Counted from the first letter of the stretch, positions 8,660-18,590 are shown. The stretch: DNA of 64,000 nucleotides from Clostridia bacterium (GCA_017613355.1 JAGAEA010000022.1:6209-70208); one strand, 5' to 3'. Notes: a model not told the origin generated them from the letters alone. A program made the numbers and translations.

Positions 8660-8845
8660 ATGATAGCGCCAGACCGCACCGGAAGAGACGCCGAAACGCC
8701 ACCGTTTCCCTTCTCCGCCGCGCGGTTGACGAGGTGAGAGGTGATCGAATTTTTCGGCGGATACCTCTCCGGTCGGGTCGTGCAACCCCGATCGTGAAAA
8801 CAGGTTCAAATATGCGGGCAACCGCAAAACAATCCCTGTTCGACA
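8660..8845 (+). ncRNA. glmS ribozyme (GlcN6P-activated self-cleaving riboswitch)
   Basis: AGCGCC core at 8665-8670, TTGACGAGG, ATCGAATTTTTCGGCGGATACCTC and a P4-like CAAA...GGCAAC...ACAA segment, directly upstream of glmS. Confidence 0.92.
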
Positions 8846-8939
8846 TTCGAAAAACCGTTCTTCCGAACGGTCTTTTGACGTTGCCGAATTCATGGAAAGG
8901 CGGGCAGAAAAAGGACTGCCCGAACAGGGTAAACGACAA

Positions 8940-10772
8940 ATGTGTGGAATTATCGGCTACACGGGAACGGGAAACGCCGTTCCGAAAATGATGAAAGGTC
9001 TTTCCGTTCTCGAATACCGCGGCTATGACTCGGTCGGCATCGCGGCGCAATGCGGAAAGGAAACCGACATTCGGAAATGCAAAGGACGCATCGGCGCGCT
9101 GGAAGAAAAACTGCGCGACTGCCCCATTGAGGGAAGCCGGTGCGCCATCGGGCACACCCGCTGGGCAACGCACGGCGGTCCTTCGGATGAAAACGCGCAC
9201 CCCCACCGCGCGGGCGAGGTCGTCCTCGTTCACAACGGGATCATCGAAAACTACAAGGAGCTCCGCGAGGAGCTTTCCGAAAAAGGCGCGACCTTCCTCT
9301 CCGAAACCGACACCGAAGTTGCGGCGGCACTCATCAACGATCGCTATGCCGCTCTCCGCGATCCCGTTGCCGCCATTCGCGAAGCAACGGCGCGCATGAA
9401 GGGCGCGTTCGCTTTCGGCATTCTGTTTGACGGTCACGAGGGCGAAGTTTACGTCATCCGTCGCGGAAGCCCGCTCATTCTGGCGCGCGGCAAGGACGGG
9501 TTCTATCTCGCGTCGGACATGACCGCGCTACTCCCCTTTACCAAAGAATACTGCGCGATGAAAGAAAACGAGATCGCCTGTCTCGCGCCGAATGATGCAA
9601 CGCTTTCTCTTGCGGACGGTTCCGAAAAAACACCCGATTGGAAGATCACCACGATGACGCCCGAATCGGCGCAAAAGGGCGGCTACGCGCATTTCATGCT
9701 CAAAGAAATTCACGAACAGCCCGCCGCCGTGGTCAAATCGGTCTCGCCCCGCGTCGGGAAGAACGGTTTGCCCGATTTCTCCGCCGACGGCATTGACGCC
9801 GCGTTCTGGCAGGGGATCAAAAACATTCAAATCGTCGCCTGCGGTTCCGCGATGCACGCGGGACTGGTGGGTCTGCGGTTGCTGGAAGACATTGCGCAAG
9901 TCCCAACTACGGTGCATATCGCGTCCGAATACCGCTACCACCCCCCCATCATGCCCGAGGGAACGCTTGTCGTCATCATTTCGCAGAGCGGCGAGACTGC
10001 CGACAGCCTTGCCGCGCTCCGCTATGCCAAGGAACACGGGGTTCCCACGCTCGGCATCGTCAACGCCGTGGAGACCACGATCGCCCGCGAAGCCGACCGC
10101 CGCATTTATACCTACGCGGGTCCCGAAATCGCCGTTGCCACCACAAAAGGCTACTGCACGCAGGCGTCGGTGCTCTGGATGATCGCCGCCGCCATCGCGC
10201 ACGCCACGGGTCGGATCGACGACGCGAAAGCCCGCAAAATCGTGAACGATCTGCTTTGCGACGTTCCCGCCGCCATGGAGCAAATGCTCTCGCGCGAAGA
10301 CCGCTACCGCAAGATCGCCCGCGGGCTGATCGACCACGAACACGTGTTCTACATCGGTCGCGGCATGGACTACGCGCTCTCCATGGAAGCCTCGCTCAAA
10401 CTGAAAGAGATTTCGTATATCCACTGCGAGGCTTACGCCGCAGGCGAACTCAAGCACGGAACGATCTCTCTCATCGAGCCGGGAACGCCCGTCCTCGCCA
10501 TTTCCACCGACCCCGCTCTCTTCGACAAAACCGAGAGCAACATTCGCGAAGTCCGCAGTCGCGGCGCACAGGTCACCCTGATCTGCCGCAGCGATCTTTC
10601 CGTTCCGCAGGAGACTGCCGACGAGCTGATCTCCCTTCCCGTCTCGTCGGACGCGGCAACGGTGTTCTCCGCGCTCATCGCCATTCAGTGCATCGCCTAC
10701 GAAACCGCCTCGCTTCTCGGTTGCGACATCGACCGCCCCCGCAACCTCGCCAAGAGTGTGACGGTTGAATAA
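8940..10772 (+). CDS. glmS: Glutamine--fructose-6-phosphate aminotransferase
   Basis: MCGIIG Ntn start, LEYRGYDS, GHTRWATHG, SQSGETAD, PRNLAKSVTVE. Confidence 0.97.
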   Translation: MCGIIGYTGTGNAVPKMMKGLSVLEYRGYDSVGIAAQCGKETDIRKCKGRIGALEEKLRDCPIEGSRCAIGHTRWATHGGPSDENAHPHRAGEVVLVHNGIIENYKELREELSEKGATFLSETDTEVAAALINDRYAALRDPVAAIREATARMKGAFAFGILFDGHEGEVYVIRRGSPLILARGKDGFYLASDMTALLPFTKEYCAMKENEIACLAPNDATLSLADGSEKTPDWKITTMTPESAQKGGYAHFMLKEIHEQPAAVVKSVSPRVGKNGLPDFSADGIDAAFWQGIKNIQIVACGSAMHAGLVGLRLLEDIAQVPTTVHIASEYRYHPPIMPEGTLVVIISQSGETADSLAALRYAKEHGVPTLGIVNAVETTIAREADRRIYTYAGPEIAVATTKGYCTQASVLWMIAAAIAHATGRIDDAKARKIVNDLLCDVPAAMEQMLSREDRYRKIARGLIDHEHVFYIGRGMDYALSMEASLKLKEISYIHCEAYAAGELKHGTISLIEPGTPVLAISTDPALFDKTESNIREVRSRGAQVTLICRSDLSVPQETADELISLPVSSDAATVFSALIAIQCIAYETASLLGCDIDRPRNLAKSVTVE

Positions 10773-10783
10773 AAAATAAGACC

Positions 10784-10833
10784 TTGAAGGGAGCCCCCTT
10801 TTCTTTGCGCAAAGAAAAGGGGGCTCCCTTCAA
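10784..10833. repeat. Perfect 50-bp palindrome (REP-like)
   Basis: ttgaagggagcccccttttctttgc|gcaaagaaaagggggctcccttcaa. Confidence 0.8.
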
Positions 10834-10890
10834 ACATCCTTCCCCGAAAAGAAAGGGCGCGTGATGGTCGCTTCATTGCCATTCAAGCGT

Positions 10891-10920
10891 AAAAAAACTC
10901 CGCCGAAGCGGAGTTTTTTT
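10891..10920. terminator. Bidirectional intrinsic terminator
   Basis: aaaaaaactccgc-cgaa-gcggagttttttt between convergent genes. Confidence 0.85.
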
Positions 10921-10927
10921 ATTTCCA

Positions 10928-11149
10928 TCAAAGCAAACGCCAAATGGATTTCTTCGTGATCATGCAAACAAGGTCAACAACCCAGATCACAAAGCCGAAG
11001 AAAGGAATGATGCGGAGCACGCCAGCAAGAATCTTCCCTTCCATGAAACGAGTTACAATGCCGCAGATCCAAGAGGTAAAGGGAATGATGGCAAGAATCA
11101 AGCTGATGATCCAATCCAAGCCGAAATAATCGTTCGCTTTCTTTGTCAT
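10928..11149 (-). CDS. Small hypothetical membrane protein (73 aa)
   Basis: AGGAGG RBS, two to three hydrophobic segments, terminator downstream. Confidence 0.75.
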   Translation of the reverse strand: MTKKANDYFGLDWIISLILAIIPFTSWICGIVTRFMEGKILAGVLRIIPFFGFVIWVVDLVCMITKKSIWRLL

Positions 11150-11359
11150 GGTATTTTCCTCCTATCAAATTTGCAAGATCACTCTTACATGGTTCATTAT
11201 ATCATAAAGACTTGTAAAAATCAATACTTCCCGCATATATTTTTTTCGCAAATCGAATTTTTTTGCCGAAAAAAGGGGAATGACTTTCCGACTTTCGTCA
11301 TAAGGAAAAATCTCTTCAAAAAAAGATGCTCCCAAAGGAAAAATCTTTGCCGTTTGCCC

Positions 11360-11388
11360 TTGCAAAGTCTGCCGGTGTATGCTATAAT
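11360..11388 (+). promoter_or_regulatory. sigmaA promoter of purA-purB-guaA
   Basis: TTGCAA-N17-TATAAT with TG extension. Confidence 0.75.
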
Positions 11389-11426
11389 ATATATGTATGT
11401 CTATTTTTATCCGGTCGGAGGATGTT

Positions 11427-12701
11427 ATGTCGAATTGTGCAATTGTCGGTATCAACTGGGGCGATGAGGGAAAAGGCCGCATGGTCGATCTCCTCACCCA
11501 ACATTATGACGTTGTCGTCCGCTACCAAGGCGGTGGAAACGCGGGACACACGGTTATCAACGAGCATGGAAAATTTGCGCTCCATCTGCTCCCTTCGGGC
11601 ATTTTCCGCCGCGGTGTGGTCAACATTCTCGGCAACGGTGTGGCGCTCGACCCCGAAAACCTTTGGAACGAGATGCAAACCGTGATCTCGCAGGGCATTC
11701 CGCTCACGCCCGAAAACTTGAAGATCAGCGACCGCGCGTCGATCCTGCTCCCTTGGCACCGCGATCTCGATTCGCTTGAAGAGGCTCGCCTCGCGGACAA
11801 GAAGTACGGCTCCACCAAACAGGGCATCGCGCCGTTCTATTCGGACAAGTATCAAAAGAAAACCGTCATGGCGGGCGAATTGTTCCATCCCGAACATCTG
11901 CGCGCGCATCTTTCCGACCTTTTGGAATGGAAGAACCTGACCCTCACGGGCGTTTACGGTGCAGAGCCCTACACCATGGAGCGCCTGATGGCTTGGGTCG
12001 ATAACTACTGCGAAAAGATCAAACCCTATGTTTGCGACACGGGAACCGTGCTCAAAGAGGCGAACAAAGCCGGCAAGAATATTCTGTTTGAAGCACAGCT
12101 CGGCGCGCTCCGCGACCTTGATTACGGGATTTATCCCTACACCACGTCGTCCAACACCACCGCCGCCTATGCGCCCATCGGTTCGGGCTATCCCGCCGCA
12201 AAGATCGACGAGGTGGTCGGCGTTGTCAAAGCGTATTCGACCTGCGTGGGCGAAGGACCCTTCACCTGCGAATGGTTCGGAGAGGAAGCCGAAAAGCTCC
12301 GCGAAGCGGGCGGCGAATACGGCGCCAAAACAGGGCGCCCCCGCCGCGTGGGACCTCTTGACGTCGTTGCCACGCGCTACGGTGTGGAAACGCAGGCGGC
12401 GACGACCATCGCCCTGACCAAGCTCGACGTGTTGAGCTACATGGACAAGATCCCCGTTTGCACCCATTACCTTCTGAACGGCAAACAGATCGACTGTTTC
12501 CCCTTCCCCACTCTGTTGAACAACACCAAACCCGTTGTCGAATACCTCGGCGGTTGGAAATGCGACATTTCCGGCATTCGCCGTTGGGAAGACCTGCCCG
12601 TTGCCGCGCAAAAGTATGTGGAATACGTCGAAAAGGCGATCGGCTGCCATATCGGTTACGTTTCGGTCGGTCCCGAACGCGACAGCATCATTCTGCGTTG
12701 A
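11427..12701 (+). CDS. purA: Adenylosuccinate synthetase
   Basis: WGDEGKG, GGGNAGHT, GIYPYTTSS, EYGAKTGRPRR; GGAGG RBS. Confidence 0.96.
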   Translation: MSNCAIVGINWGDEGKGRMVDLLTQHYDVVVRYQGGGNAGHTVINEHGKFALHLLPSGIFRRGVVNILGNGVALDPENLWNEMQTVISQGIPLTPENLKISDRASILLPWHRDLDSLEEARLADKKYGSTKQGIAPFYSDKYQKKTVMAGELFHPEHLRAHLSDLLEWKNLTLTGVYGAEPYTMERLMAWVDNYCEKIKPYVCDTGTVLKEANKAGKNILFEAQLGALRDLDYGIYPYTTSSNTTAAYAPIGSGYPAAKIDEVVGVVKAYSTCVGEGPFTCEWFGEEAEKLREAGGEYGAKTGRPRRVGPLDVVATRYGVETQAATTIALTKLDVLSYMDKIPVCTHYLLNGKQIDCFPFPTLLNNTKPVVEYLGGWKCDISGIRRWEDLPVAAQKYVEYVEKAIGCHIGYVSVGPERDSIILR

Positions 12702-12713
12702 GAGGTAACGTCC

Positions 12714-14129
12714 ATGAAAAACATTTACGAATCCCCGCTTTCTTCCCGCTATGCCTCTCCCTATATGCTGGGGCTCTTCTCCTCGGACACACGCTACCGC
12801 ACCTGGCGGCGCCTGTGGGTGGAACTTGCCCGCGCCGAGCATGAGTTGGGACTTCCCGTGACCGCCGAGCAGATCGCGGAACTGGAAGCGCACGTGAACG
12901 ACATCGATTACGACGTCGTTGCCGCGCGCGAGAAAGAAGTCCGTCACGACGTCATGGCGCACGTTTACGCCTACGGGCTGGTCGCGCCGAGTGCGGCGGG
13001 CATCATCCATCTGGGCGCAACAAGCTGTTACGTAACCGACAACGCCGACCTCGTGATCTATCGCGACGGTCTGCGCTATCTGCGCGGGGAACTGCTCAAA
13101 GCCATGAAAAACCTCGCCGCCTTCGCCGACGCGCACAAGGCGACCCCCACTCTCGGCTACACCCATTATCAGCCCGCTCAGCTCGTCACCGTGGGCAAGC
13201 GCGCAACGCTTTGGTTGCAGGATTTTCTTGCCGACCTGGAAGAGATTGATTTCGTGATCGACCACATTCCCTTCCTCGGCTGTCGCGGCACCACGGGCAC
13301 CGAGGCAAGTTTCATGGAACTTTTCGACGGCAACGGTGAAAAGATCGACGAAATGAACCGCAAAATTTCGAGTGCTTTCGGTTTTTCGCGGTGCTATTCG
13401 GTTTCGGGTCAAACCTACCCGCGCAAGACCGACAGCCGCATTCTGAACGTTCTTTCCTCGATCGCGCAAAGCGCCTACCGTATGGCAAACGACATTCGCC
13501 TATTGCAACACGACAGGCAGGTGGAAGAACCCTTTGAAAAGAACCAGATCGGTTCTTCCGCAATGGCGTATAAACGCAACCCCATGCGTTGCGAACGCAT
13601 CTGTTCACTCGCCCGCTATCTCATGGCGGACGCGCTCAACGCGCCCATGACCGCCTCGGTTCAATGGCTCGAACGGACGCTCGACGACTCCGCAAACCGT
13701 CGTATTTCGCTCCCCGAAGGCTTCCTCTGCGCGGATGCGATCCTGCGCATCGTGCAAAACGTGACCGACGGGCTTTGCGTGAATGAAAAGATCATCGACC
13801 GCGCCGTTCGCGAATACCTGCCCTTCATCGCCACCGAAAACCTGATGATGGAAGGCGTCCGCCGCGGCGGCAACCGTCAGGAACTGCATGAAGTCGTCCG
13901 CTCCTGCTCCATGGAAGCCACGGCGCGCATGAAGAACGGCGAGCCCTGCGATCTGCTCTCTTCCCTCGCAAAGCATCCCGAATTCGGAATGTCGAAAGAG
14001 GAAATGGAAGCGATCCTCGAACCTTCCCGCTATGTGGGTCGTTGCCCCGAACAGGTCAGTCGTTTCCTTGCCGAGCTTTCACCGTTGCTCGCCGACGTGG
14101 ACGCGAGCAAAGTCGAGCTTTCGATCTGA
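12714..14129 (+). CDS. purB: Adenylosuccinate lyase
   Basis: RHDVMAH, HLGATS, THYQPAQ and [11 protein letters not shown] signature. Confidence 0.96.
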   Translation: MKNIYESPLSSRYASPYMLGLFSSDTRYRTWRRLWVELARAEHELGLPVTAEQIAELEAHVNDIDYDVVAAREKEVRHDVMAHVYAYGLVAPSAAGIIHLGATSCYVTDNADLVIYRDGLRYLRGELLKAMKNLAAFADAHKATPTLGYTHYQPAQLVTVGKRATLWLQDFLADLEEIDFVIDHIPFLGCRGTTGTEASFMELFDGNGEKIDEMNRKISSAFGFSRCYSVSGQTYPRKTDSRILNVLSSIAQSAYRMANDIRLLQHDRQVEEPFEKNQIGSSAMAYKRNPMRCERICSLARYLMADALNAPMTASVQWLERTLDDSANRRISLPEGFLCADAILRIVQNVTDGLCVNEKIIDRAVREYLPFIATENLMMEGVRRGGNRQELHEVVRSCSMEATARMKNGEPCDLLSSLAKHPEFGMSKEEMEAILEPSRYVGRCPEQVSRFLAELSPLLADVDASKVELSI

Positions 14130-14148
14130 AAAGGAGCACCCGACACCT

Positions 14149-15681
14149 ATGGAAAAAATTTTGGTTTTGGATTTCGGCGGTCAATACGACCAGCTCATCG
14201 CGCGCCGCGTTCGCGAGCATCACGTTTACGCCGAAGTCCGACCTTACAACAAAGTTACACTTGACGAGATCAGCGCGGATTACCGCGGCGTGATCTTCAC
14301 GGGCGGGCCGAACAGCGTCTATGATCCCACATCCCCCCACTATGACCCCGCCATTCTCAATACGGGCGTGCCGATCCTCGGCATTTGCTATGGCGACCAA
14401 CTCATGGCGTACATGGCGGGCGGCGAGATCAAGAGCGCCGAAAATTCGAGCGAATACGGCAAGATCGAGGTGAAAGTCGATCCCGCGTCGCCGCTCTTTG
14501 CAAACGTTTCCGAAACGAGCGTTTGCTGGATGAGCCATAACGATTTCGTCAGCACTCCGCCGAAGGGCTTCCGCACGATCGCGACCACCGCGAAATGCCC
14601 CTGCGCCGCCATGAGCGACGAGAGCCGCAACCTTTACGGCGTGCAGTTTCACCCCGAAGTGACGCACACCGCCTGCGGCAAACAGCTTTTGCACAACTTC
14701 CTGTTCGGCGTCTGCCGCTGTGCGGGCGACTGGAACATGGAAGATTTTATCGAGCAGTCGATCGCGAAATACCGCCGCGAACTTGCGGGCAAGCGTGTGC
14801 TTTGCGCGCTTTCGGGCGGCGTGGATTCCTCGGTTGCCGCCGTGCTGATGCACAAAGCGATCGGGGACAACCTCGTTTGCGTGTTCGTTGACCACGGTCT
14901 GCTCCGCAAAAACGAGGGCGACATGGTGGAAGACATCTTCCGCCGCCGTTTCAACATGAACCTTGTCCGCGTGAACGCCGAGGAGCGTTTCCTCTCCAAA
15001 CTCGCGGGCGTGACCGAGCCCGAGCGCAAGCGCAAAATCATCGGCGAGGAGTTCATCCGCGTGTTTGAGGACGAGGGCAAAAAACTCGGTAAAATGGACA
15101 TTCTCGCGCAAGGTACGATCTATCCCGACGTGATCGAGAGCGGCAAGGGCGACGCTTCGGTCATCAAAAGCCACCACAACGTGGGCGGGCTTCCCGACGT
15201 CATCGACTTCGAGGGCATTGTAGAACCTCTGCGCGACCTCTTCAAGGACGAAGTGCGCGCCACGGGTCTGAAACTCGGCATCCCCGAGGATCTTGTGTTC
15301 CGTCAGCCCTTCCCCGGTCCCGGGCTTGCCGTCCGCATCATCGGAGAGATCACCAAAGAAAAAGCCGACACGCTCCGCGAAGCCGACGCGATCTTCCGCG
15401 AGGAGATCGCCGACGCGGGACTTGACCGCTCGATCGCGCAGTATTTCGCCGTCCTCACCGACACCCGCAGCGTGGGTGTCATGGGCGACGCGCGTACCTA
15501 CGGCTACACAATCGCGCTCCGCGCCGTGACGACCGACGACTTTATGACCGCCGACTGGGCGCGCATCCCGTTTGAAGTTTTGGAAAAAGCAAGCAGTCGC
15601 ATCACCAACGAAGTGCGGAACATCAGCCGCGTGACCTACGACATTACTTCCAAACCTCCGGCGACGGTTGAATGGGAATGA
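14149..15681 (+). CDS. guaA: GMP synthase (glutamine-hydrolysing), full length
   Basis: GATase domain (GICYG, QFHPE) plus ATP-pyrophosphatase domain ([29 protein letters not shown]). Confidence 0.96.
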   Translation: MEKILVLDFGGQYDQLIARRVREHHVYAEVRPYNKVTLDEISADYRGVIFTGGPNSVYDPTSPHYDPAILNTGVPILGICYGDQLMAYMAGGEIKSAENSSEYGKIEVKVDPASPLFANVSETSVCWMSHNDFVSTPPKGFRTIATTAKCPCAAMSDESRNLYGVQFHPEVTHTACGKQLLHNFLFGVCRCAGDWNMEDFIEQSIAKYRRELAGKRVLCALSGGVDSSVAAVLMHKAIGDNLVCVFVDHGLLRKNEGDMVEDIFRRRFNMNLVRVNAEERFLSKLAGVTEPERKRKIIGEEFIRVFEDEGKKLGKMDILAQGTIYPDVIESGKGDASVIKSHHNVGGLPDVIDFEGIVEPLRDLFKDEVRATGLKLGIPEDLVFRQPFPGPGLAVRIIGEITKEKADTLREADAIFREEIADAGLDRSIAQYFAVLTDTRSVGVMGDARTYGYTIALRAVTTDDFMTADWARIPFEVLEKASSRITNEVRNISRVTYDITSKPPATVEWE

Positions 15682-15711
15682 AAGGCAAAGCCTTTCATTC
15701 CCATTCAACCG
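15665..15711. repeat. 22-bp perfect inverted repeat including the guaA 3' end
   Basis: cggttgaatgggaatgaaaggc-aaa-gcctttcattcccattcaaccg. Confidence 0.85.
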
Positions 15712-15773
15712 AGTTCATAACTTATAACTCATAGTTCATAGTTTGAATATTCCACCAATGGAGAAATGATAAA

Positions 15774-16133
15774 ATGGAGGAAAGTCAACTTCGTACCCTA
15801 TCAAAAACTTTTGCAAGGCATATTATCCTTACCTGTCGGGATATGAAAAAGAGAAAAATCGAAAGTGCATTGGTTGACCAGCTTTTAAGAAGCGGCACCT
15901 CTGTTGGTGCAAATATACATGAGGCACAACACGCACAAGGAATAAAAGATTTTATCTCAAAATTTGAAATATCGCTGAAAGAATGTAATGAGAGTGAATA
16001 TTGGTTAGAGCTTCTATTTGAAACGGAAAGTATCAACGGAAAAACGTTTGCAACCTTGAAAAGCGAATGTGATTCCATCCGAAAAATGCTTATATCATCT
16101 GTTGTAACCTTAAAGCGAAAAACAGCCACTTAA
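15774..16133 (+). CDS. Four-helix-bundle protein (23S rRNA IVS / bAvd-like)
   Basis: QLLRSGTSVGANIHEA...DFISKFEISLKECNESEYWLELL signature; AT-rich; preceded by imperfect heptamer repeats (ttcataa cttataa ctcatag ttcatag). Confidence 0.9.
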   Translation: MEESQLRTLSKTFARHIILTCRDMKKRKIESALVDQLLRSGTSVGANIHEAQHAQGIKDFISKFEISLKECNESEYWLELLFETESINGKTFATLKSECDSIRKMLISSVVTLKRKTAT

Positions 16134-16191
16134 ATATGGTTTCTATATGCTTTAGCAATGAAAATCATACTACACAGAAGGAGAAACAACC

Positions 16192-17172
16192 ATGTCAAAC
16201 AACGTTCGTCCCGCCAACATGGAGCGCATCACCACACCCGCGCTCGCAAACAAATTCATTGAAGAACAACTTGCCGCCCTTCGCGCGCAGATCGGGAACA
16301 AAAAGGTCCTGCTCGCTCTTTCGGGCGGTGTGGATTCCTCGGTCGTCGCCGCTCTGCTCATCAAAGCGGTCGGGAAACAGCTCGTCTGCGTTCATGTCAA
16401 CCACGGTCTGCTCCGCAAAGGAGAACCCGAACAGGTCATCAAGGTATTCCGCGAGGAAATGAACGCCAACCTCGTTTACGTGGACGCGGTGGATCGTTTT
16501 CTCGACAAACTGGCGGGCGTCGCCGAGCCCGAACGCAAGCGAAAGGTGATCGGTGCGGAGTTCATCCGCGTGTTTGAGGAAGAGGCGCGCAAGCTCGAAG
16601 GCATCGAATTTCTCGCGCAGGGCACGATCTACCCCGACATTCTCGAAAGCGGTCCCGTTAAGGCGCATCACAACGTGGGGGGATTGCCCGAGGATCTGAA
16701 ATTCGAGTTGGTCGAGCCGCTCAAATTTCTCTTCAAGGACGAAGTTCGCGTGGTCGGCGAAGCGTTGGGACTTCCCAAAAACATGGTTTACCGTCAGCCG
16801 TTCCCGGGTCCCGGACTCGGCGTCCGTTGCCTCGGCGCGATCACGAGAGATCGTCTCGAAGCCGTGCGCGAATCTGACGCCATTTTGCGCGAAGAATTTG
16901 CAAAGAACGGACTGGAAGGCAAGGTTTGGCAGTATTTCACGTTGATCCCCGATTTCAAGTCCACGGGTGTGAAAGAAAACGTGCGCGCCTACGAATGGCC
17001 TGTCATCATCCGCGCGGTCAACACCAAGGACGCGATGACGGCAACGGTCGAGGACATCCCCTTCCCGCTCCTGCAACACATCACCGCCCGCATCACGAGT
17101 GAGGTCAAGGGCGTGAACCGCGTGCTCTACGACCTGACTCCGAAGCCCACCGGCACCATCGAGTGGGAATGA
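16192..17172 (+). CDS. GMP synthase ATP-pyrophosphatase/C-terminal subunit only (no GATase domain)
   Basis: [36 protein letters not shown]; AAGGAG RBS. Confidence 0.9.
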   Translation: MSNNVRPANMERITTPALANKFIEEQLAALRAQIGNKKVLLALSGGVDSSVVAALLIKAVGKQLVCVHVNHGLLRKGEPEQVIKVFREEMNANLVYVDAVDRFLDKLAGVAEPERKRKVIGAEFIRVFEEEARKLEGIEFLAQGTIYPDILESGPVKAHHNVGGLPEDLKFELVEPLKFLFKDEVRVVGEALGLPKNMVYRQPFPGPGLGVRCLGAITRDRLEAVRESDAILREEFAKNGLEGKVWQYFTLIPDFKSTGVKENVRAYEWPVIIRAVNTKDAMTATVEDIPFPLLQHITARITSEVKGVNRVLYDLTPKPTGTIEWE

Positions 17173-17235
17173 TAATCGGTATGCAGGTAAGCTAAAACAA
17201 AAAAGCGGGTTTCCCCGCAAAATTTCAAAAAACGA

Positions 17236-17353
17236 TTGACAAACATACACAAAGTGTGTATAATAAAAACAGAGGAAGCCGATTGACGGTTCTCCCCCGT
17301 GTTAAAGCAGATAACCGCTTAAACTTGTGAGGTGTGGGCGGTTATCTCTTTTT
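17236..17353 (+). ncRNA. Putative small RNA (type I antitoxin-like) with its own promoter and terminator
   Basis: TTGACA-N17-TATAAT, ~85 nt with no ORF, ending in an agataaccgc...gcggttatct hairpin and T-tract; homologous to 24750-24867 on the minus strand. Confidence 0.6.
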
Positions 17354-17375
17354 GTTGCGAAAACAAGCGATCATG

Positions 17376-17426
17376 AAAAACAACCTTTCTTGCTTCTTGT
17401 ATAAGGGGCAAGAAAGGTTGTTTTTC
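17376..17426. terminator. Terminator hairpin downstream of the aquaporin gene
   Basis: aaaaacaacctttcttgc...gcaagaaaggttgttttt. Confidence 0.75.
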
Positions 17427-17437
17427 CGATACTTTCG

Positions 17438-18157
17438 TTATTCCGTTTTCTCTTTGTTGTTGCCGGTCAGAATGCCGTAAACGATTGCGGCAAGGACGCC
17501 ACCACAGAGAGGCGCGAGGATCCAGATCCAGACCTGTTCAAGCGAAGCAGTCTCGCCTGCGATTGCTTGCAGAACGGCGGGAGCCAGTGAACGGGCGGGG
17601 TTGACCGAAGTCCCTGTGAAGCCCAGACCGATCAGGTGGACGAGCGTAAGCGCGCCGCCGATGACCAAGCCCGCGTGTTTGCCGTCATGGAATTTGGAGT
17701 CGGTCACACCGAGGATCGCCATGACAAAGATAAAGGTCAGCACCACTTCCACGAGGAATGCGGCGACATAGGACCATGCGTCCAACTTCAAGCCGCCGAG
17801 GGTGACTTCCTTTGCAAGCGTGGCTTGAATGGTGTTCCCGCCGAGAGCCGAGAAGTCGCGAAGGAATGCGCCGAGCAGCGCGGAACCGACGAACGCACCG
17901 ACGACCTGCGCGCAAACGTAGGCAATGAACTCATTGAGCGACATTTTCTTGCGAACGAACATGGCGATCGAAACGGCGGGATTGATATGGCACCCCGAAA
18001 CGTTCCCGATGGAATACGCCATGGCAACGATCACAAGACCGAATGCCAGCGAGGTCGCTACCCAGTTGACCCCCGAAACGACGGCAACGCCGCAAGCGAC
18101 GAATACCAGAACGGCTGTGCCGATACATTCGGCAAGTGCTTTTTTGAAAAGACTCAT
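17438..18157 (-). CDS. MIP family channel (aquaporin Z-like)
   Basis: Two NPA boxes (SGCHINPAVS, GTSVNPARS) and six hydrophobic helices. Confidence 0.93.
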   Translation of the reverse strand: MSLFKKALAECIGTAVLVFVACGVAVVSGVNWVATSLAFGLVIVAMAYSIGNVSGCHINPAVSIAMFVRKKMSLNEFIAYVCAQVVGAFVGSALLGAFLRDFSALGGNTIQATLAKEVTLGGLKLDAWSYVAAFLVEVVLTFIFVMAILGVTDSKFHDGKHAGLVIGGALTLVHLIGLGFTGTSVNPARSLAPAVLQAIAGETASLEQVWIWILAPLCGGVLAAIVYGILTGNNKEKTE

Positions 18158-18236
18158 TTTTCTTTTCTCCTTTCGTTTTTTATATTATAACGCGAACCGC
18201 AAGCACGGTATTCACGTTACCGACAAAAAATTTACG

Positions 18237-18578
18237 TCAAGCCAGAAGTGCGGACAGAGCCGCCCTTTCCTTTACGATCTCGTTATAAAGTGATTCATGG
18301 TCCCCCGGCGATTGATTGCGAAGCCGTTCGGTAAGTTCGCAGATCGGAATCGCGATCGGAGTGAGCGCCAGATTGCTTACTCCGCCTTTTAATTTGTGAG
18401 CAATCTCGAACGCTTTATCGAGGTCTCGGTTTTTCAGCGCGTCTCCCAGCGCGCAGGACGACAGTTCCCCTATGCATAATCCGACGAGACGAAGGTAGAG
18501 TGCCTCGTTGTTCGCGCAACGCGAGAGTCCCTTTTCGACGTCCGCGCCGTATTCCGCTAGTTTTTCAATGGTAAGCAT
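18237..18578 (-). CDS. Hpt (histidine phosphotransfer) domain protein
   Basis: AHKLKGGVSNL motif; downstream of a hybrid kinase and a REC protein. Confidence 0.85.
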   Translation of the reverse strand: MLTIEKLAEYGADVEKGLSRCANNEALYLRLVGLCIGELSSCALGDALKNRDLDKAFEIAHKLKGGVSNLALTPIAIPICELTERLRNQSPGDHESLYNEIVKERAALSALLA

Positions 18579-18590
18579 ACTAATCCTCCG

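Noticed and set aside
6648-9437. 929-aa minus-strand ORF and similar long antisense ORFs (11382-13469, 14056-15708, 25158-26570, 39889-41394)
   Set aside because: Shadow frames opposite well-recognised high-GC genes, with no motifs or RBS.
11170-11426. Purine riboswitch upstream of purA
   Set aside because: The promoter is only about 40 nt from the start codon and no aptamer core is visible.
15774-16133. Diversity-generating retroelement (Avd-like gene)
   Set aside because: No reverse transcriptase and no template/variable repeat pair in the window.
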